Source of the DNA: a virus
Strand: one strand, 5' to 3'
Virus genome (UHGV): UHGV-0088977
DNA length: 10,919 nt
Shown here: positions 6,187 through 10,919 of the stretch, one piece after another
Numbering within the stretch: position 1 is the first letter of the stretch
How the letters are laid out: each line of letters starts with the position of its first letter
Program-made: the position numbers and the translations under genes
Notes under the pieces: model-generated
What the model saw: only the letters and a program-made list of their open reading frames with translations
Database searches by the model: none
What the model was told of the DNA's origin: nothing

Positions 6187-6283
6187 AGGAGCACCATTTC
6201 TTGAATTGCTAAGTAATCTTAGTTTTTATTGACCAAAGATAGATTTGTAATTAGCATCTAATAAAACTTAGTTTGGAGGGCGT
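6187..6283. promoter_or_regulatory. Divergent repressor/cro promoter-operator region (PRM/PR-like)
   Basis: 97-bp AT-rich spacer between the divergent repressor and cro starts; near-palindromic motifs ATCTTAGTT (6216-6224) and AACTTAGTT (6265-6273) and inverted repeat CTAAGTAATCTTAG (6208-6221); candidate -35 TTGACC at 6229-6234; GGAGGG Shine-Dalgarno before the cro ATG. Confidence 0.6.
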
Positions 6284-6484
6284 ATGACAACTGACGATAT
6301 CGAAAGCTACTTCGGCAGTATTGAGAAAGTTGCTGCTTTTTTCGGCATAACAACTGAAGCCGTTTATCAGTGGCGAAACCGTCCGGGCCAGTTAATTCCA
6401 AAAGGACGTGCAGCAGAAGCTGCATATAGAACTTGCGGACGGTTGCCATTTAAACCTGAGCTTTATGAAAAATCTAATGGATAA
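6284..6484 (+). CDS. Cro-like small HTH regulator (66 aa)
   Basis: Small basic protein with an HTH-like segment (VAAFFGITTEAVYQWRNRPGQ); strong Shine-Dalgarno; divergent from the repressor; same length as the e14 Cro-like gene as I recall it. Confidence 0.8.
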   Translation: MTTDDIESYFGSIEKVAAFFGITTEAVYQWRNRPGQLIPKGRAAEAAYRTCGRLPFKPELYEKSNG

Positions 6485-7073
6485 ATCGATTAACAGAAAC
6501 CACAGAACGATGAGGTTAACCGTGGGTAAGCATCACTGGAAAGTAGAAAAACAGCCTGAGTGGTACGTGAAAGCTGTCAGAAAAACTATCGCAGCGTTGC
6601 CGGGTGGTTACGCTGAAGCAGCTGACTGGCTGGATGTAACAGAAAACGCATTATTTAACCGCCTTCGTGCCGATGGCGATCAGATTTTCCCGCTGGGATG
6701 GGCAATGATTTTGCAACGTGCTGGTGGAACTCACTTCATTGCTGACGCTGTGGCGCAGTCTGCAAATGGCGTCTTTGTGTCTCTTCCTGACGTCGAGGAT
6801 GTGGACAACGCCGATATTAACCAGCGCCTGCTGGAAGTCATTGAACAGATTGGCAGTTATTCCAGACAGATTCGTTCGGCAATCGAAGACGGTGTGGTGG
6901 AACCGCATGAGAAGACAGCAATTAACGACGAGCTGTATCTCTCAATTTCGAAGCTGCAGGAGCATGCAGCACTGGTCTACAAAATCTTTTGCATTTCAGA
7001 AAGTAATGACGCCCGCGAGTGTGCAGCTCCGGGCGCCGTGGCGTGTCGTGACTGTGGAGAAACTAACGCATGA
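6465..7073 (+). CDS. Early regulatory protein, YmfL/YdaT-like by position and size (about 200 aa); start uncertain (6465 or 6477)
   Basis: ORF immediately after and overlapping the cro stop, suggesting translational coupling; no clear Shine-Dalgarno; ATGA overlap with the next gene. Assignment rests on synteny with e14 as I recall it. Confidence 0.6.
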   Translation: MKNLMDKSINRNHRTMRLTVGKHHWKVEKQPEWYVKAVRKTIAALPGGYAEAADWLDVTENALFNRLRADGDQIFPLGWAMILQRAGGTHFIADAVAQSANGVFVSLPDVEDVDNADINQRLLEVIEQIGSYSRQIRSAIEDGVVEPHEKTAINDELYLSISKLQEHAALVYKIFCISESNDARECAAPGAVACRDCGETNA

Positions 7074-7408
7074 ACAGTTTAACAACACACTACCGTCGCT
7101 CGCAACTGATTGCGCTTCCTGTACCGGGTGGAAAAGCGAAGGTGGAGTATTGCTATGCAGTTAATGTACCAGGTGACAGGGAAATTGTAACCCACAGCTT
7201 TGCTGAGTGGGCTGTGGGTGATTTCAACCGGCAGAAGGAGACAGTCCTTTGCGACAAGTTAACCGCTGGTTCAAAGATCACTACGGAGTGCCCGTCAGAG
7301 TCATTCGTTGGGAGCCGGAAACACAACGGGTTATCTACCTCCGCGAAGGCTATGAGCATGAGTGCTTCAGCCCGCTCGAACAGTTTCGTCGTAAATTCAG
7401 GGAAATAG
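7070..7408 (+). CDS. ymfM: YmfM-like protein (112 aa)
   Basis: ATGA stop/start overlap with the preceding gene; length equals that of e14 YmfM as I recall it; sequence identity not verified. Confidence 0.55.
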   Translation: MNSLTTHYRRSQLIALPVPGGKAKVEYCYAVNVPGDREIVTHSFAEWAVGDFNRQKETVLCDKLTAGSKITTECPSESFVGSRKHNGLSTSAKAMSMSASARSNSFVVNSGK

Positions 7409-7417
7409 AGGTCGGTC

Positions 7418-7972
7418 ATGAGCACTAAATTAACCGGCTATGTATGGGATGGTTGCGCTGCATCAGGCATGAAATTATCCAGCGTGGCAATTATGGCCCG
7501 CCTGGCTGATTTCAGTAATGACGAAGGTGTGTGCTGGCCATCAATTGAAACCATTGCCCGTCAGATTGGCGCGGGGATGAGTACCGTCAGGACGGCTATC
7601 GCACGGCTGGAAGCAGAAGGCTGGTTAACGCGTAAGGCGCGTCGCCAGGGTACGGGGGCAGGCTGTATTGCGCGTGCTGACTTTGAAGCCCGACAACGGG
7701 CGGCGCGGACGGATGAAACCACCTATGTGGTGCAGGGCTGGCGACAGGGTAACGGTACGCTGTGGCAGCCCAACCAGCGGGTGATTGTCTTTGATCCGGT
7801 CTGTGGTTTCGACAATACCGAACTGCTTGTTTCGGAAGTCACGTTTACTCAGGACCAGAACGGCACCCTGACGGAAATCCGTGTCGGCCCGCCTGATGCT
7901 TATCTGCCTGAACCCGAAGCCCCCGGCGCGCGGAAAAAGAAAAAAGCCAGAGTACAGGAGGACCCGTTCTGA
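7418..7972 (+). CDS. Apparently chimeric ORF (184 aa): N-terminal HTH/replication-initiator-like domain joined to a C-terminal fragment resembling the end of a Mu gp44-type baseplate hub protein; probable deletion-fusion
   Basis: N-terminus (SSVAIMARLADFSNDEGVCWPSIETIARQIGAGMSTVRTAIARLEAEGWL) looks like a phage O/HTH protein; the composition changes around residue 95, and the C-terminus runs straight into the baseplate V gene with TGATG stop/start coupling. Confidence 0.6.
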   Translation: MSTKLTGYVWDGCAASGMKLSSVAIMARLADFSNDEGVCWPSIETIARQIGAGMSTVRTAIARLEAEGWLTRKARRQGTGAGCIARADFEARQRAARTDETTYVVQGWRQGNGTLWQPNQRVIVFDPVCGFDNTELLVSEVTFTQDQNGTLTEIRVGPPDAYLPEPEAPGARKKKKARVQEDPF

Positions 7973-8520
7973 TGAGGACGATTGAAGCCATGCAGCGACA
8001 ACTCCTCGGCCTGATTGGGCGGGCCGTGGTGAAAAGTATCAGTGCCGCCACGAAATGTCAGACCGTGGATGTGTCCCTGATTGCCGGTGAACCCAAAGCC
8101 GGGGTTGAACATCTTGAACCCTACGGTTTTACCGCAAGGGCAAACAGCGGTGCGGAAGCGGTGGTGTTGTTTCCGGATGGCGACCGTTCTCATGCGGTGG
8201 TTGTTACGGTGTCGGACCGGCGCTACCGCCTGAAAGGGCTGCAGACGGGTGAGGTGGCTGTCTATGACGATCAGGGGCAGTCCGTGACGCTGACCCGGGA
8301 GGGGATCGTGGTGGACGGTGCAGGTAAAACGATCACGTTTCGCAATGCACCTGAAGCACGTTTTGAAATGGACCTGGAAGTGACAGGACAGGTGAAAGAC
8401 CTGTGCGACTCCGGCGGCACCACCATGTCAGCGATGCGGCTTGCCTATAACGGGCATCGTCACAGAGAGAACGGTCAGGGCAGTAACACCGACAAACCTG
8501 ATAAAGCGATGGAGGCATGA
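7972..8520 (+). CDS. Baseplate assembly protein V / spike-like (Mu gp45-like), 182 aa
   Basis: Position in the baseplate block; C-terminal NGHRH (HxH) motif as found at the apex of phage spike proteins; overlapping stop/start with flanking genes. Confidence 0.75.
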   Translation: MRTIEAMQRQLLGLIGRAVVKSISAATKCQTVDVSLIAGEPKAGVEHLEPYGFTARANSGAEAVVLFPDGDRSHAVVVTVSDRRYRLKGLQTGEVAVYDDQGQSVTLTREGIVVDGAGKTITFRNAPEARFEMDLEVTGQVKDLCDSGGTTMSAMRLAYNGHRHRENGQGSNTDKPDKAMEA

Positions 8521-8945
8521 TGGAACTGTGGCTGACGGTGAACGGTAAACGCACCTGCGCCAGCGCACCGCTGGATCCGCTGACCCGCGCCGTGGTGATT
8601 TCCCTGTTTACCTGGCGGCGGGCGGAGCCTGATGACAACGCCGACGTCCCGATGGGATGGTGGGGGGATACCTGGCCTGCGGTACAGAATGACCGTTACG
8701 GCTCCCGACTGTGGCTGCTTCAGCGCAGCAAACTGACCAATCAGCTGGTGCAGACGGTAAGGGGGTATATCCGCGAATGCCTGCAATGGATGATTGATGA
8801 CGGCGTGGTGTCCCGTATTGATCTGGATATCCGCCGCACCGGGATTAATGAACTGGGTAACAGTATCACTCTCTGGCGTCGTGACGGACCGGTAATGATT
8901 TCTTTTGATGATCTGTGGAGTGCGATAACGCATGGCGGACAGTGA
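8517..8945 (+). CDS. Phage GP46-family baseplate protein (Mu gp46-like), 142 aa
   Basis: Sits between the V-like and J-like genes; contains the GWWGD motif I recall as typical of GP46-family proteins; ATGATG overlap with the upstream gene. Confidence 0.75.
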   Translation: MMELWLTVNGKRTCASAPLDPLTRAVVISLFTWRRAEPDDNADVPMGWWGDTWPAVQNDRYGSRLWLLQRSKLTNQLVQTVRGYIRECLQWMIDDGVVSRIDLDIRRTGINELGNSITLWRRDGPVMISFDDLWSAITHGGQ

Positions 8946-9990
8946 ATTTCAGCGCCCGACGCTGGCAGAAAATATCAGTATGCTCCGTAACGATTTATTC
9001 GCCAGGCTGGACGTCAGCGACACGCTCCGGCGCATGGATGAAGACGTGCGGGCAAAGGTGTATGCGGCAGCGCTGCATACGGTTTACGGGTACATCGATT
9101 ATCTGGCAATGAATATGCTGCCTGACCTGTGCGATGAGTCCTGGCTGGCGCGACATGCTGCGATGAAACGGTGTCCGCGCAAGGGGGCCACGGCTGCCAG
9201 CGGGTATATGCGCTGGGAAGGTGTCAGCGATGGCCTGAAGGTGACCGCCGGGAGTGTTATTCAGCGCGATGACCTGGTTCAGTACACGGCAACTGCCGAT
9301 GCAACCAGCTCCGGTGGTGTCCTGCGTGTGCCGATCACTTGCTCAACTACAGGCGCGGTCGGTAACGCTGACGACGGTACGGCATTAATCCTGGTCACGC
9401 CGGTGAATGGTCTGCCGTCTTCCGGTGTGGCTGACACCCTGACAGGCGGATTTGATACTGAAGAGCTGGAAACGTGGCGCGCCCGCGTCATTGAGCGGTA
9501 TTACTGGACGCCTCAGGGCGGGGCTGACGGGGACTATGTCGTCTGGGCTAAAGAAGTGCCCGGCATTACCCGCGCATGGACATACCGACACTGGATGGGA
9601 ACGGGGACTGTCGGTGTGATGATTGCCAGCAGTGACCTGATTAATCCCATTCCGGAAGAGTCAACGGAAACGGCGGCAAGACAACATATCGAGCCACTGG
9701 CCCCGGTGGCAGGCTCTGATTTGTATGTATTCAGGCCGGTGGCGCATAAAGTGGATTTTCATATCCGCGTGACGCCGGACACACCGGAAATACGGGCTGC
9801 CATCACCGCCGAGTTGCGTTCGTTCCTGCTGCGTGATGGTTATCCGCAGGGAGAACTGAAGGTGTCGCGTATCAGTGAAGCGATTTCCGGTGCGAACGGG
9901 GAATACAGCCATCAGTTGCTTGCACCGGCAGACAATATCTCCATTGCAAAAAATGAACTGGCGGTACTGGGGACGATTTCATGGACGTGA
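8932..9990 (+). CDS. Baseplate J-like protein (Mu gp47-like), 352 aa
   Basis: Size and position in the baseplate block; overlapping starts and stops with its neighbours; resembles e14 JayE-type proteins by context. Confidence 0.8.
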   Translation: MADSEFQRPTLAENISMLRNDLFARLDVSDTLRRMDEDVRAKVYAAALHTVYGYIDYLAMNMLPDLCDESWLARHAAMKRCPRKGATAASGYMRWEGVSDGLKVTAGSVIQRDDLVQYTATADATSSGGVLRVPITCSTTGAVGNADDGTALILVTPVNGLPSSGVADTLTGGFDTEELETWRARVIERYYWTPQGGADGDYVVWAKEVPGITRAWTYRHWMGTGTVGVMIASSDLINPIPEESTETAARQHIEPLAPVAGSDLYVFRPVAHKVDFHIRVTPDTPEIRAAITAELRSFLLRDGYPQGELKVSRISEAISGANGEYSHQLLAPADNISIAKNELAVLGTISWT

Positions 9991-10565
9991 CAAACGATGA
10001 TTACATCCGTCTGTTGTCGGCACTGTTGCCCCCCGGTCCGGCGTGGTCAGCCAGCGATCCGGCGATTGCCGGTGCGGCACCGTCATTAACCCGCGTTCAT
10101 CAGCGTGCGGATGCCCTGATGCGGGAGCTGGATCCGCGCACCACCACTGAACTGATAAACCGCTGGGAGCGTCTGTGCGGTCTGCCGGATGAATGTATTC
10201 CGGCGGGAACGCAGACCCTTCGCCAGCGTCAGCAACGGCTGGATGCGAAGGTTAATCTGGCGGGCGGCATCAATGAGGATTTTTACCTTGCACAGCTTGC
10301 TGCCCTGGGCAGACCAGACGCCACCATCACGCGATACGACAAAAGCACGTTCACCTGCTCATCGGCCTGTACTGACGCAGTGAATGCGCCGGAATGGCGG
10401 TATTACTGGCAGGTCAACATGCCAGCCGCCACCAACACCACCTGGATGACATGTGGCGATCCCTGTGATTCCGCACTGCGTATCTGGGGCGACACCGTTG
10501 TCGAGTGCGTGCTTAACAAACTCTGCCCTTCGCATACCTACGTAATTTTTAAATATCCGGAGTAA
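9981..10565 (+). CDS. ymfQ: Tail protein, YmfQ-like (DUF2313 / Mu gp48-like), 194 aa
   Basis: Length identical to e14 YmfQ as I recall it; lies between the J-like gene and the tail-fibre gene; translationally coupled. Confidence 0.75.
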   Translation: MDVTNDDYIRLLSALLPPGPAWSASDPAIAGAAPSLTRVHQRADALMRELDPRTTTELINRWERLCGLPDECIPAGTQTLRQRQQRLDAKVNLAGGINEDFYLAQLAALGRPDATITRYDKSTFTCSSACTDAVNAPEWRYYWQVNMPAATNTTWMTCGDPCDSALRIWGDTVVECVLNKLCPSHTYVIFKYPE

Positions 10566-10567
10566 TC

Positions 10568-10919
10568 CATGCATCGTATAGACACGAAAACCGCGCAGAA
10601 GGATAAGTTCGGCGCGGGTAAGAACGGTTTTACCCGTGGTAACCCCCAGACCGGCACACCTGCCACCGATCTGGATGATGACTACTTTGACATGTTGCAG
10701 GAAGAACTTTGTAGCGTTGTTGAGGCATCCGGTGCCAGTCTGGAGAAGGCGCGGCACGACCAGCTGCTTACCGCACTTCGTGCGCTGCTGTTAAGCCGCA
10801 AGAATCCGTTTGGCGATATCAAATCGGATGGCACGGTGAAAACGGCTCTCGAAAACCTTGGTCTGGGAGAAGGCTCTGCATTACCCGTTGGTGTGCCTGT
10901 TCCGTGGCCTTCCACCACT
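10568..10919 (+). CDS. Side tail fibre protein, N-terminal part (truncated by the window end)
   Basis: [47 protein letters not shown] is the conserved N-terminal anchor domain of lambdoid/Mu-type side tail fibres; GGAG Shine-Dalgarno before the ATG at 10568. Confidence 0.8.

Larger units (their letters stand above)
1..10919. mobile_element. Segment of an e14-like lambdoid cryptic prophage (integration module, immunity switch, early genes, Mu-like baseplate and tail-fibre remnant); both ends lie outside the window
   Basis: Co-linear integrase, excisionase, CI-like repressor, Cro-like gene and baseplate/tail-fibre genes; mosaic GC content (AT-rich 1-900 and 4700-5330, GC-rich 4250-4650 and 7400-10900); gene sizes and order match what I recall of e14 (int 375 aa, xis 81 aa, cro 66 aa, ymfM 112 aa, ymfQ 194 aa). 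No att site identified. Confidence 0.8.

Noticed and set aside
6720-6727. Chi site GCTGGTGG on the plus strand
   Set aside because: A single octamer in about 11 kb is within chance expectation for enterobacterial DNA; no clustering or orientation bias can be assessed in this window.
6651-7425. ORFs 6651..6908 (-), 6718..7164 (+) and 7153..7425 (-) overlapping the YmfL-like and YmfM-like genes
   Set aside because: The chosen frames are translationally coupled to their neighbours (ATGA overlaps) and fit the expected gene sizes; the alternatives lack start context. The YmfM-like call remains only moderately confident.
7845-10918. Antisense and alternative-frame ORFs in the late region (7845..8051, 7900..8193, 8333..8638, 8475..8933, 8915..9112, 9279..9491, 9385..9591, 9661..9912, 10189..10383, 10359..10757, 10682..10918)
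   Set aside because: They overlap confidently assigned baseplate and tail genes in high-GC DNA, where long chance frames are common; translations are compositionally biased and lack ribosome-binding sites.
1-10919. tRNA, tmRNA or rRNA genes, CRISPR arrays and insertion sequences
   Set aside because: No cloverleaf-like segment, no regularly spaced short repeats with unique spacers, and no transposase-like ORF or terminal inverted repeats were seen; the GC-rich island does not match tmRNA as I recall its sequence.

Overview
This window looks like part of an e14-type lambdoid cryptic prophage from an enterobacterial (E. coli-like) genome; all identifications are by eye from the translations, with no database search run. 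Leftward (minus strand) lie an AT-rich cargo ORF (51..599) with a HEPN-like RNx3H motif, a lambda-family tyrosine integrase (906..2033) overlapped by a lambda-Xis-like excisionase (2014..2259), and a yfdP/yfdQ/yfdR-like triad (2314..4231) that includes an HD-domain phosphohydrolase. A GC-rich, repeat- and hairpin-laden non-coding island (4232..4699) follows, then an orphan AT-rich 144-aa gene (4700..5134, plus) and a convergent, overlapping 68-aa ORF (5106..5312, minus) with a plus-strand intrinsic terminator. The immunity switch is a LexA-like S24 repressor (5560..6186, minus) facing a 66-aa Cro-like gene (6284..6484), with AACTTAGTT-type operator candidates on both sides of the repressor gene. 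Rightward are YmfL/YmfM-like early genes, an apparently chimeric ORF (7418..7972) marking a deletion joint, and a Mu-like baseplate block (V, gp46, J, gp48/YmfQ-like) ending in a truncated tail-fibre gene. No replication, lysis, terminase, capsid or tail-tube genes are present, so the element is defective. The best candidates for an undescribed function are the HEPN-like ORF in the integrase-proximal cargo slot, the 144-aa/68-aa convergent pair beside the repressor, and the structured GC-rich island with tandem repeats over the 144-aa gene's ribosome-binding site. No tRNA, rRNA or CRISPR array was seen.
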